A stretch of 64,000 nt of DNA from Negaprion brevirostris (Eukaryota), in assembly GCA_030324005.1 (NCBI GenBank), contig JARDVH010000163.1, forward strand, positions 120,584,812 to 120,648,811, read 5' to 3'. The position numbers and the translations under genes were made by a program. The notes under the pieces were generated by a model that searched no databases, was not told the DNA's origin, and was given only the letters and a program-made list of their open reading frames with translations. Shown piece after piece: positions 51,765 through 64,000 of the stretch; the first letter of the stretch is position 1; each line of letters starts with the position of its first letter.

Positions 51765-53290
51765 GTAAGGGGAAAAATTTTGCAGACATTTCTTTCTGTT
51801 TTCATTTTATTATTAGCTACAATGGAGTACAATTANNNNNNNNNNNNNNNNNNNNNNNNNNNNNNNNNNNNNNNNNNNNNNNNNNNNNNAGGCGGTTAGT
51901 AATCTCTAAAAGACTTGCTAGGAAGTATTGCTGGGGCACCATTGTGTGATAAAAGTTGCGCCAAATCAGTGGATCTTAGCAATAGTGTCAAGCCTTTGCA
52001 CTGCTGAGGGTATTTAACTCTTTCACAATAACAATTACAATCACACATTATATTAAAAATAATTTGTTCCCATTCCAAGCAATTTTATACAGTTCTGAAG
52101 CTTATTGAATATATTCTTTTTTTCCAATATTTAACTGTTGTTCATCTCGAAAGCTTGTTTCTCTGTCACAATTGTTAATCACTCAATTTGGATGACATCA
52201 CAGATGAACAAAAATGCAAAATGCATTGATTCAGCCTGTAAACTGTGGCACCTTTCAAAAAAAAGGTTGATAAAGACTAATGAATAAACGCTCCACTAAG
52301 TTTAGTGTCGCACAGGCTACAAGATCGCGAGTTTGAGATCCTCTCTGTGTGATTATAGCTGATCTCAAGAAGGACAACAGTCGGGGTATTATTGTTGCCC
52401 TTGATGTCCTTGAGCAGGAAAGGATTACAAATTAGCCAGTGCAGTTGTAGATATGCATGAGCTCTAAAGTTGGGGTCCATAATGGACATCTGAAGTTAGA
52501 GGCAGCAGATTGCAGGGTAATTGAAAATAAGGAGCATATCTCTTAATCTGTAAATTGAGGGATACAAATCTAAAACATATCCAGAGATAATGTAAAGCAC
52601 TAAAATATTCAAGTATTGTAATATATAAATTTTTGTACTGATTGATGGTTTTCAAAAATCCAAAAATGTTCCTACTTTGATTGCATTTAATAAGTGAAGA
52701 AAAGGAAATTAAGCGCATGCAATATTTCCTGGGTGCCTGAACTCCTGTAACTTCAAAAGGAAGCATGATGGTTGAAATAGTACCAGGAACAACTTTGGTT
52801 GTTTGGCTAATCCATTTCAATATTGGGAAAGGGTTGAAATGGACTTGTAAAATCAGGAGCAGTTGGATTAGATTGGAACAGTTGAGAGGCATGATCAAGC
52901 GATTGATATGAGGGTAATTTTCAGTGAATTCAGACTGACAACGTATTTGCTTTGTTACTCGTGAAATTGGAAGCCCCAGAATTGGAGTGTTGGGTGTGTT
53001 ATCTGTGTATTGCCTTGCCTTCAGTTATTTTGTGGAATAAATCCATAAGGTATGTATTCTCCCTTCTACTTTAGGACAAATAACTCCACTGCTATTAGAG
53101 TGACGGTACAACTGATTAATGTGCACTTGAGGCCAAAAGCGCAAATTAAAGATGAGATGGCAGCCGGCAGGGACATGTCAGACTCCGTGAAGAGTCGGTG
53201 AGATGCAGAAGAGAGGTGACAACAGTAAGAAGAGGGTGTGGCGAGGCCTCAGGAAAGGAACGGGCAGGAGGTTAAGGCCTCAAAGAGTTT

Positions 53291-53329
53291 TGTGTGTGTG
53301 TGTGTGAGGACGAGTGTGAGTGTGTGTGT
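53291..53329. repeat. Interrupted (GT)n microsatellite abutting a gap
   Basis: tgtgtgtgtgtgtgtgaggacgagtgtgagtgtgtgtgt. Confidence 0.8.
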
Positions 53330-54645
53330 AAGGATNNNNNNNNNNNNNNNNNNNNNNNNNNNNNNNNNNNNNNNNNNNNNNNNNNNNNNNNNNNNNNNNN
53401 NNNNNNNNNNNNNNNNNNNNNNNNNNNNNNNNNNNTTTTGGGACACAATGGAGATCAACACATTCCAATGTTGAGGCATTAATTTACAGTTTTAAACAGA
53501 TCCATCCATACAGTCAGGTTTCTGCCCCTGCCAGAGTCCTGAAACAGCTCTTATCAGAGTCACAAGTAACATCCTATGTAATTGTGACAAAGGTAAACTA
53601 CTCCTGCGCATCTTTCTCAATTTATCTGCAGCCTTTGACATGAATCAACCACAGCATTTTTCTCCAACACCACTCCACTATCATCCAACTGGGTGGAACT
53701 GCTGTCGCCCGTTTTCGTTCTTATCTATTTAATTGTAACCAGNNNNNNNNNNGAGTATCACTTGCAGTGGCTTCTCTTCACACCCCTGCACTACAACATC
53801 TGGTGTCTCCCTGGGTCCTTATCATCCCTCCTGCCTTCCTATTTTTCAGCTGCATGCAACCCCCTGGAGACATTGTCTAACTGCATATCTGATATTCAAT
53901 ACTGGATGAGCAGAAGTTTCCCCAGTTAAGTATTGGGAAGAGTGAAACCATTGATTTTGGACCTTACACCAAATTCCATCCGCTAAGTAGTCCAAGTATT
54001 TTTAATCTTGGTATCATACATGATCTCGGGTTGAGCCTCTGACCACATAGTTGCGCCATCACGAGGACCTTGTTTCCAAATGCCTCCTACCTATTTCTGT
54101 AGTCTCCTCTAATGGCACAACCCTCCAGAATATCTGTGCACATCATCAGTATCCGTACCTTCAGTCGTTGAGACCCTAAGCTCTGAAACTCCTTCGTTAC
54201 ATCACTCCAAGTCTCTACCTCATTTTCCTCTTTTAAGATCTTCCTTAACACTGAGGTCTTTTAAAATGCTCATGTGAAGTGCCTTAGGATGTTTTATTAT
54301 GTTAAGATGCAATACAAAGTTAAGTAGTTGATAAGCTACAGAACAGAGAAACATGTATAATCTTACTTCTTATTCAGCTTCTTTAGATAAATTGGTGTTA
54401 GGCTCATGCCAGCGTTATGTCCATTCATACAAATCAATATGTTTTCTCCTTTTTCTTCTGCTCTGTGCTGTTGATTGAAATCCTCATTTATTTATTCTCC
54501 AAAGTACCTTATTCCNNNNNNNNNNNNNNNNNNNNNNNNNNNNNNNNNNNNNNNNNNNNNNNNNNNNNNNNNNNNNNNNNNNNNNNNNNNNNNNNNNNNN
54601 NNNNNNNNNNNNNNNTCCCCAAAGTACTGGTAATCAAAGTACTAG

Positions 54646-54910
54646 TGGGTGGCATGGTGGCACAGTTAGCGCTATTGCCTCAGAGCGCCAGAAATCCGAG
54701 TTCAATTCCTGTCTGTGCAGATTCTGCACGTTCTCCCCATGTCTCTGTGGGTTTCCTTCGGGTGCTCTAGTTTCTTCCCATAGTCTGAAAGACATGCTGG
54801 TTAGGTGCATTGGCCAAGCTAAATTCTCCCTCAGTGCACCTGAACAGGTGTTGGACCATGACAATTAGGGGATTTTCACATTAACTTCATTACAGTGTTA
54901 ATGTTACAAT
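54646..54910 (+). mobile_element. V-SINE (alternative tail)
   Basis: Head ggtggcatggtggcacagttagc, core, and tail ggggattttcacattaacttcatt. Confidence 0.8.
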
Positions 54911-55501
54911 GTTATAGTTCAGGTCAGAAAATCCAAAGTGTTTTATAAAGCCCGCCTTGATCATAAACTTTGCATCTTGAATTTGGCTAGGATAAACATG
55001 ATAGGCTTCCCTTCAGCCATGATTCAAATGACTCATTAGGGAGCTTTTGTCAAACAAAGTTTATTGAAGAATATAGTTAACATATAAATTTTCTCACATT
55101 GTGTAATAGGCATAATTTTTTCATAACAAATATTCTCAACTGTGCATTTTTCAGCTCTCCACAGTTTGGTTTACATTTACTTTTGCTCTTGGTAAAACAA
55201 TTGGCAAACTACAATTTATTCTTACACGTATTGTTAATACTTGATATTGAAATAGAGAAGAGAAAGCTTATTATATCTGCTTATCAAGGGAACTTTTGCA
55301 TTTGTGACAGCTGATTTAACTCACTGATATAATGTCTGTCTTGAACTGTTGCTGCATTGTATTACTGAATATTTGGGGGATAATTTCCTTTGAGTCCCTT
55401 CATGTCTGGTCAAGGCAATGAGGCAGACAAATTTCCCAGGAAATTCACTCGATTTACTTAACTCCATTCTGAGTGAATTCACCTTTTCCCTGAACTCACA
55501 G

Positions 55502-55689
55502 GTGGAGATAGCAGCGCAACTGAGAGTGGGGACGAGGAAGTCTCGCCCTCGACAGTGTCATACACCGCAACACAACACACACCCACCAGCATTACGCTCA
55601 CAGTCAACCGAGTGAAGAGAACAAAGGCAAAGAAGAGAAAGAGAAGCACAGAGAAAGCAAGAAATGCCCCCAAAGCCAAAAAAATAAAG
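55502..55689 (+). CDS. SETD5: SETD5 coding exon 5 ([62 protein letters not shown])
   Basis: Acceptor cacag, donor gtaggt; 188 nt; conserved [15 protein letters not shown] motif and a basic NLS-like tract. Confidence 0.95.
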
Positions 55690-55979
55690 GTAGGTATTTC
55701 AAAAAGAACTTCTCTGCATGGAGTGCAAATTCAGAGTTTTGGGAGAGTTTTATTTTTCTAAGGCTTCAAAATAGTTATTATTGCAACTTGAACATTTGAA
55801 AATGGAATACATAACTTCAGAGAGCAGCACAAGATGTAATTTTTATATTCACTTGAAGCATAAGTTTTTAAATTGACATTATGGATATGTAATTTTGTGG
55901 CTATAACAGAGACCCGGTTCAGAGAAGGGCAGGGATGTGTATTAAACATTCTTGGAATCAAAGTGTTCAAAAAGATAGG

Positions 55980-58900
55980 AAAGGGGGTGCAGGGGTGGCA
56001 AAATTGATGGAAGAAAACATTGCTGGAGGAAAAAGGGATGAGCCAGAGGAATCAAGGACCAAATCTATTTAACTGTAGGTAAGGATCAAAAATGGTATAC
56101 TATTGCTCATTGTAGTCTACAAGCCACAAACTAGTGCTTAAGACGCAAAGGACCAAATTTGCAAGGAAATTATATGAATTGTAATTAGCTGAAATGGGGG
56201 AGACCCCCTCCCCCATTATAACTATCTGAATGTAGACTGGGATAATAATGATATGAAGGGCAGAGAGGGGCAAGAGTTCCTAGAGTAAGTTCAGGAAAAT
56301 TTTCTGCAGGATATTTTCAGTCCGATGAGAAAAGTTCTTGAGAATGTGGCAGGCCAAGTGGGATCAAGCATCAGTAGGGGAACATTTAAGGAACAATAAT
56401 CATTGTGTCATAAGTTTTAGGTTGGCTCATGGAAAAGGATGAGGAGCAATTCAGAGTTAAGAGTAATTAACTGGGGAAAGCCAGCTTCATTGAGGCAAGA
56501 GTGGATCTGCACCAGGTAGACAGGAATAAAACGTTAGCAGAAAAACTACCTAAACAACGGGCTACTGTCAAGAAATAAATGGTTTGGACACAGTCAAGAT
56601 ATATATTCTCAAAAGGGAAAGGTGGGGCAAACAAATCCAGAGTTCTTTAGATGAAAAAGGCAATAGAAATTAAGATAAGGGAAAAAAAAGATACATGTGA
56701 CAGATGTCTTAAGGGAATGCAGGGGCAGAGGGACCTGGATGCATAGTGCTTAGATCATTGAAGGTGTTGGGACAGGTGGAGAAAGCAGTTAAAGCATATA
56801 GCATCCTGAGCTTTATTAGAAACATAGAAAATAAGAGTGGGAGTAGGCCATTCGACCCTTTGGTGCTGCTCTGCCATTCAGTATATCATGGCAGATCCTG
56901 GAGAGGGTCATCGAGTACAAGAGCAAAGAGGTTATGCAAAACTTATACAAGACACTAGACCTCAACTGTACTATTGTGCAGAGTTCCAGGCACCACATGA
57001 TAGGAATCATGCAAATGCATTGGAGAGAGTGCAGGGGATATTTACAAGAGTGGTTCCAGGGATGAGAAACATCAGTTATGAGGATAGATTGGGACTTTCA
57101 GAGAAGGTGGCTAAGAGGAGATTTGATAGAGATGTTCAAAATTTTGAGGGCACTGGCCAACATAAATAGGGATATATTGTTCCTACTTCTAAAAGCATCA
57201 AGAACAAGGGGACATAGAATTAAAGCGATTGGCTGCCTCCTGCACTATAACGATTCTATGAATAGGCCAAGAATGGATGTCACCCAAATAAATTGGAATC
57301 AAAGGTTGGCAGGCTAAATTGTAAAATGGCTGCCTTTAAAGAAGAGAGAGTTCGTGTCAGTTGAGGTATGTTCCATGAAGGGAAAAAGTAGAGCAAGCAA
57401 AACCATAACACGCTGGACGGCAGAAGGTATAGGGACTAAGATGAAGAAGAAAAGTCTGCTCATGAGAGGTGGATAATACAACAGAGAATAGGTTGAATAC
57501 AGAAGATTAAAAGGTTAATCAAAAAAAGCAAAGAAGAGATTCAAAGCTAGTATGAAAAGGGCAGCTAACACAAAAGGGAATCCAACAGCCAATCACATGC
57601 ATAGAAGTAGTAAGAGGGTGTTAAAAGGAGGAGTGGGACTAAAACATGGAGGCGGGGGCATGGCTGAGGTAATAAATGAATACTTTGTATCTGTCTTTAC
57701 CAAAGAAGAAGATGCTTGCAGGTCATGTTAATAGAGGATTTAATTCGGATGCTAGAAGGGTTTAGAGTTGAAAAAATGGAGGTAATGGATAGACTGTCTG
57801 NNNNNNNNNNNNNNNNNNNNNNNNNNNNNNNNNNNNNNNNNNNNNNNNNNNNNNNNNNNNNNNNNNNNNNNNNNNNNNNNNNNNNNNNNNNNNNNNNNNN
57901 AGGAGTGGGACTAAAACATGGAGGCGGGGGCATGGCTGAGGTAAGAAATGAATACTTTGTATCTGTCTTTACCAAAGAAGAAGATGCTGGCAGGTCATGT
58001 TAATAGAGGATTTAATTCGGATGCTAGAAGGGTTTAGAGTTGACAAAATGGAGGTAATGGATAGACTGTCTGTACTTAAAGCTGAGAAGGCAGGAATGGA
58101 TGAAATGCATCCGAGAATACTGAGGAAATTGAGAGTGGAAATCGCAGAAGCATTGGCCGTAATATTCCAAGGTTCCTTAGATTCAGGAATGGTCTCACAA
58201 TTGGAGAATGCAAAACGTTACACCTTTGTTCAAAAAAAAGGTGGAAAGTTAACCCCGGCAACCTCAGGGCACTCTGACCTCAATAGTGAGAAAACGTCGA
58301 GAAATGATTATTTGGGACAAAATTAGCCCACTTGGGCAAATGCATGAGTTAATGAAAGCCATTAAGGGTAAATTATGTTCAACTAACTTCTTTGATGAGG
58401 TTAATGCTGTTGACATGGTGTGTATGGCTCCTTCAACCACACCTTCCAAACTTGCAACCTCTACTACCTGACCATTTCTTTACTGTCACTGGGTCAAAAT
58501 GCTGGAACTCCCCAATATATCTTTGGGTGTTCCCACAGCACATGGACTGCAGCGATTCAAGAAGGCAGCACGCCATCACCATCTCAATGAGGAATGGACA
58601 ATAAATGCTGGCATAGCCAGCAATGCTTGCATCCCACAAACAAATAAAGTACGTGGATTTTTAAAAGGCATTTGATAAAGAGCAACAAAGTTAGAGCTCA
58701 CAAATAAAGGAGATAGTAGAAATATGAATACTAAATTCAGAGTGACAGAAACAGAGAGTAATGGTTACTGGATGTGTTTGGGACTGGAGGAAGATTTATA
58801 GTGTGGAGTTCCTCAGAGGACGGTGTTACGATCCTTGCTCTTTATTATATATAGACCTAGATCTTGATGTGCAGGACATCATTTCCAAATTTGCTGACAG

Positions 58901-60030
58901 TACAAAACTTGGAACTGTTATGAATTGTGAGGAGGATAGTGTTGAATTTTAAAAGGGACGTAGACAGGTTGGTGAAATGGTCCAATAAATGACAGATGAA
59001 ATATGAAGTGATTAATTTAGGAAGAATGTAGAGAGGCAATATAAACTGAAGGAGCAGGGGGTCCTTTTTTAAAATTCATTCAAGGAATGCAGGTGTCACT
59101 GGCTGGGCCAGCATTTGTTGCCCTTCTCTAATTGCCCTTCAACTGGGTGATTGCTAGAGTATTTAATAGTTAACTACATTACGGTGAATCTGGAGTCACA
59201 TGTAGGCTAGACCATGTATGGATGGCAGATTTTCTTACCTAAGGGACATTAGTGAATCAGAGTTTTACACCAGTGAACAGATTTTTTTTGTTGAATTAAA
59301 ATTTCACTGTCTCCATGATAGGATTCGACATGGGTCCCCAGATTATTGCCCTAGGTCTCTGGGTTGTTAGTCTGGTGACAGTGCCACTATGCCTGGAATC
59401 GGAGGGTATAGATATATAAATCATTGAAGTTGGCCTGAAAGTTTGAGTGCCTCTAATAAAGCATACAGCATCCGCGGCTTTATTAGTAGGCCATAAGAGT
59501 ACAAAAACAAGAAAGTTGTGTTAAACTTATATAAAACACAGGCCTGGTCTCTCAGTATTGACTGTGTCCAATTCTGGACACCCCACTTCAGGTAGGATAT
59601 GAAAATAATAGTGAGAGTGCAGGAAAGATTCACAAGATGATTCTCAAGATGAGGAACATCAGTTATGTGGATAGATTGGAGAAGTTGGAGCAGTTTCCTT
59701 GGAGAAGAGAAGCTTGAAAAGAGATTTGATAGTGGTATTCAAAAGTTATGAGGGTTCTGCTTAGCGTGGATAGGGAAAAATGTTTTCCTTACTAGTGGAA
59801 GAATCAATAACAAGAGGGTACAGATTTAAGGTAATTGACAACATGAGGAAATCTTTTCCATGCATTGAATGGTTAGGATCTTTAATACATTGCATGAAAG
59901 GAATTCAAGAGAATATTGGATTACTACCTGAAAAGGAAGAATATGCAGGGGAGTGGCACTAGGTGAATTGCCCCTTAGGAGAGCCTGCACAGACACAACA
60001 GATGAACGGCTTCCTCCTGTGATTCTGCCT
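55980..60030 (+). mobile_element. Decayed CR1-like LINE array with nested insertions
   Basis: NEYFVSVFTKEE, MHPRILR, KFADSTKLG and LRGDLIEMFKI-type ORF2 remnants, fragmented by stops and by nested SINE/LINE pieces. Confidence 0.8.
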
Positions 60031-60983
60031 GTAGAGCCCTTGACAGTTCCCAAGGAGATTCCAGGGGATTGGCAAGATTTTGTGCAGCTGGGGCCAAGCC
60101 TGCTGTGTTTCACAATTCTGTGTTCTATGTTTTGTTCTATATCTGATGACTTATTAGCATGTAATTTTTGTAACTGTATGCTGACAAAGAAACATGTCTG
60201 TAATGATAGCTTTTCCTTTAAAAGCTGATGATATTTTTACAAGTGGAGGCAAGGTGCCTGCTCTGTGTCAGATTTGCATGGGACTTCCTCCGTGTAGCAA
60301 CATTTGAAAATTCATCACTTACAAAGCAAATTTGGAACATTAAATTTAATAGAAGATTGCAGGATGCATTGTCAGCAGATTTCCCTTCTACTGTGCAGTG
60401 GAGAGAAATACCTATTCTAGGTTTGCCATAATAAATTGTATCTGCATATACTGGGCAGGGAAGATTGGTGGTGTGGACAGGGTGGGGTGGGGGTTTTGTT
60501 TGGGATGTTATTTTCAGCAGATTTTCCCTGCGGATTGAAGACATGAGGTAAATGATTATTCTGCCTCTTCTTCCAGGTACCATTGTAGAAAACACAATTC
60601 ACTGGAGCATACCAGAAACAAAGCTTTGGTATATAGTTATTTTGTTAAATTCCATTAAGAAGCTGTTTAAGAGAACTTGCTTTGTTCACTCTCGATTTTA
60701 TCTAAAAGTGGTTATGATTATTTCTCCGTGAAGGAGCTTGTACCCTATAAATGCAGTTATCTTTATATCTCCATGGCGAATTTAGTTGGGAGAGGAGTTG
60801 AGGCCTAATATGGATGAACTCCCATGAAAACACAGGTTCTTGGTTGATTCCCCAATGTTTGCTTTTATTTTGAAAAGCAATCCTGGGTTTGAGAGGCTTA
60901 AATTACATTGGATAATTAACGAGCACAAGCAGAGCTGATTAAGTGGTTCCACAATAACTTTTCTATGATTTTGTTGTTCGTAG

Positions 60984-61022
60984 GCCTTTCGAGAAGGATC
61001 CAGAAGATCCATGAGGATGAAG
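60984..61022 (+). CDS. SETD5: SETD5 39-nt frame-preserving exon (AFREGSRRSMRMK)
   Basis: Acceptor ttgttcgtag, donor AAG|gtatgg; phase 0/0; matches KMT2E AFREGSRKSSRVK. Confidence 0.9.
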
Positions 61023-62697
61023 GTATGGGTTGAGAGAGAGTTTTACATTTATTTCAAAATGGCCGATCTTGGCTAAGTAAAAGTTCCTGCTGTAATTTTC
61101 AGATTTGGGATTGAGGGCAGGACTTTGCATGGTCTGTGTCCTGCCCGCTACGATTACCGTGGTGCACGGGACAGGCAAATTCCACCCAGTGTCTCCATTC
61201 GAGCTCTTCTGGGCTGGAACTTCCATTCGCTGCTATTGCACACAGTTCTTAAATTGCTGGTTGATCTGTAAATATCTAATTTGCAGAGTTTTCTTTTGTT
61301 GGCTTCAGATGTAACATCCTTTCTTCCAAAATTCCATTTAGCCACTGACAGTCCCCTCTGTCCCAAGCTTTGATAGGCCATGACAGTCCTTTGTTGCTTT
61401 TTAATTAGATTGAAGCGGTTGTCCAAATCTACAGCGAAGTCCTATTTTGTTTTCGAAAGCCTTTCTAAATGTGAGTTGATCTGTAATTATACTTTCTCCT
61501 TTTTGTTTCGCAAAAGGTCTATACTCCATCAATAATTAAACACATCATCTTCAGGCTTCACAACAGTGCAAGCTCAGAATCTTCAGTCTTTGTTTCATTT
61601 CATAATCAACAGACTTTTAAAGCCTAAAGCTTTGAGGTTAATCATTACTTATTGGTTGACTTATTTTATTTTTCTTCTTCAAACTCTCCCAAAATTGTTT
61701 TTTCCATGTAGTTTTAATTTGATTTTTTTGAGAACTTTTCAACAAAATACTGATAATGTTAGAATGCCCAGTGAGTGGGCAGATCCTGTGCTGCTTGGCT
61801 TTTGCCAAGGCAGGTTTTGAGCCAGCCACTCAGAGATGTATAAAAATGACTTGTCTGCCTGCTTTCTTCCTGTCACTGGGGGCGTTAAGTGAAGTGGGAA
61901 GCTTGCCTGAGCTCAGTTGCTTCATTGACTTATGTGGGTGAGACTGTGGGAATCACAAGTCTGACTTCTAGTTCCTTCACTTCCTTGCGCAATGTTTATT
62001 ATTGATACAGACTTGGTTATTGATGCAATGTTCACCCAAATCCCAAATGTTTGGAATCTTAAACATGAATGTGTAAATGCAAGCACATCTGCCAAGCATA
62101 AGATTCAAAATGGAATGATTGATATTGGACAAGCAGATTTATAAATCTTTTTATAAAGGTTTAGCTGTTCCAAACAAAATAATTTATATTGAACATAAAC
62201 CAGTTCAGTTTGGTCATAGCCATTATTTTTAATTTTCTGTCTTGAAAAATTTGAGGTGCTGAAATAAAAAAGACAGAGATTTGATTAAAAAGTTTGGACA
62301 GAGTGAACGAAGAACTGTTTCCTCCAGTTAAGGAGTCAGTGAGAAAGGCCTTCAAATTAAAATTGTCATTAAGACAATGAGCAGAGAAATTGGGGAAAAA
62401 ATATTTATGTAGAGTTTACACAGCTGAAAACTATATCAAAAGGGTAATTGAAGCTGAGATTTGCATTTCCTTCAGAGAAAATTGGATAGAAATTTAATGA
62501 AGAGGATGACGTAAGTTCATGAGGAGCAGGAAGAGATAGGCTGTTGGGTTAATTATGGATTATTCTAGCAAAGAGCTGGCAAGGACACAGTGAGAAAGTT
62601 GGTATATACTGTGCTGTAAACTTTGGTGGTTTAACCTCGTTCCTTCGGTCAGAAATCAGGTCAGTTGAGGCTGGTAGACTTTTCAGTAATAGACCAG

Positions 62698-62796
62698 GGG
62701 CTGGATTCCCCAACCTCCCTTGCAGCTGGGATTCTCCTGTCCCGCTGGAGTGAACGGAGATATGGTAGGGCATGAATAGTTGGAGAATTCCAGCCC
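62698..62796. mobile_element. Harbinger-type MITE
   Basis: TIRs gggctggattc / gaattccagccc. Confidence 0.6.
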
Positions 62797-63042
62797 AGGT
62801 TTCCTTCAAGAAGTATTCCATGTTGCACTGTTGAGTGGAAATGTTCACATTGGGATGGGGGAGGGGAATTTAACATTATCATTTTTCTGAGAAACTCTAC
62901 TCGCACTCTAAGTGGAGTAATATTCTGGAACCAGATGTAAAAATACTGGGAGAGTTTGAAGGACCTACATTGTTGTTGACAATGATCTTTCCATTTGGGA
63001 AGCAAACTTAGTTTGTTCAATGTTGCTGATTTTTACATTTAG

Positions 63043-63285
63043 AACTCATTATCAGAGGCTCACGCATTGGATGAAAATACAGCAGAGGGTTGGGAGAACC
63101 GGATACGCCTTTGGACCGATCAGTACGAGGAATCCTTTGCAAATCAATACAGTGCTGATGTACAGAACCTTTTAGAATTGTATCGGTTAACCATGAAAGA
63201 CTCTGTGGGAAAAAATGTGGTGCTGGACACTATTAATAAAACTGAACTGGCCTGTAACAACACAATTCTTGGGTCTCAGATGCAG
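63043..63285 (+). CDS. SETD5: SETD5 coding exon ([30 protein letters not shown]...[10 protein letters not shown])
   Basis: Acceptor catttag, donor gtaagt; 243 nt; [15 protein letters not shown] and [12 protein letters not shown] are SETD5-diagnostic rather than KMT2E-like. Confidence 0.96.
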
Positions 63286-63743
63286 GTAAGTGGTAATATC
63301 TCAATTGTGTTCAATTATATGCAGGTGGATGGCATCAATTGGTGAACACAAATAAACAGACACTTACTAAAACTTTGGGGTGGTTTTGTTAGAAGGTGTA
63401 TGCTTCACTGTAAAGAAGTAAAAAATAGGAAAGATCGGCTCCTATTGCATCTGTTATCAACAACCTTTCTGGAATAGAACAGTCAGAATTAACTTAAATT
63501 ATCTACTGCCAATTCAGGAATATAGTCAAGAGTGGATCTACTAGATAGTTCTCATGTGCTGTGCGTTTTAACCTGTAATGCTGTCTTTAATTTTCTAAAC
63601 TAAAATGTAGCTATTTAGCCTATTTAAAGTTATTTCTTTTTCAGTTATACCTTATGTTGTAAAGTCAATTAAACCAGCAGGCTAGTCCACATTAGTAGTA
63701 AAATAGTAGCCTTTTTATCTATGTATTTTCTTCCTGTTGATAG

Positions 63744-63892
63744 CTGCAGCTTGGTAAAGTCACAAGAGTTCAGCGGCATCGCAAAATCTTGCGAGCAGCT
63801 AGAGACCTAACACCGGACATACTTATTATTGAATATCGTGGTAAAGTGATGCTAAGGCAGCAGTTTGAAGTTAATGGACATTTCTTTAAAAG
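63744..63892 (+). CDS. SETD5: SETD5 coding exon, start of SET domain ([49 protein letters not shown])
   Basis: Acceptor gatag, donor AG|gtagga; 149 nt; [12 protein letters not shown] motif. The gene continues beyond the window. Confidence 0.96.
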
Positions 63893-64000
63893 GTAGGATT
63901 GCATTGAGTCTGAGCCTCTGGTTGCTCCAATAATGGTAACTTTTGTGGTTTTTGACCTTCCCAAAATGGAGCCACTTTGGAGGATGTCAAGGCAATTTAA

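Noticed and set aside
57629-58072. Direct repeat of about 172 nt either side of a 100-N gap
   Set aside because: The copies differ at about three positions and flank a fixed-size gap, typical of unmerged haplotype overlap (assembly artefact) within a CR1 element.
28644-63892. Calling the gene KMT2E (MLL5)
   Set aside because: [13 protein letters not shown] and AFREGSR resemble KMT2E, but [50 protein letters not shown] and the incomplete PHD are SETD5 features.
1-64000. CRISPR arrays, operons or other prokaryotic systems
   Set aside because: The sequence is a eukaryotic intron-exon locus with no regularly spaced repeat-spacer structure.

Overview
Repeat-rich vertebrate genomic DNA from a gapped draft assembly, most likely a cartilaginous fish, judging by HE1-like V-SINEs, DeuSINE-like SINEs and CR1/L2/Rex-Babar LINEs. 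The window lies inside the 5' half of a + strand SETD5 orthologue (paralogue of KMT2E/MLL5). Eight coding exons splice in frame from the ATG at 28644 to 63892 (1067 nt, about 355 codons), ending at the start of the SET domain. The promoter/first exon lies upstream of the window and the rest of the gene downstream. The long introns are mostly decayed transposons. Four observations stand out. (1) An isolated, intact FBXO6/FBXO44-type FBA-domain exon with good splice sites sits in SETD5 coding intron 1 on the same strand and would act as a poison exon. (2) There are several candidate stop-carrying cassette exons and uORF-bearing 5'UTR exons. (3) An in-frame alternative acceptor could toggle the HCF-1-binding motif DHNY. 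(4) There may be a fossil of the lost second-half PHD-finger exon. Homology calls come from recalled sequences, not database searches.
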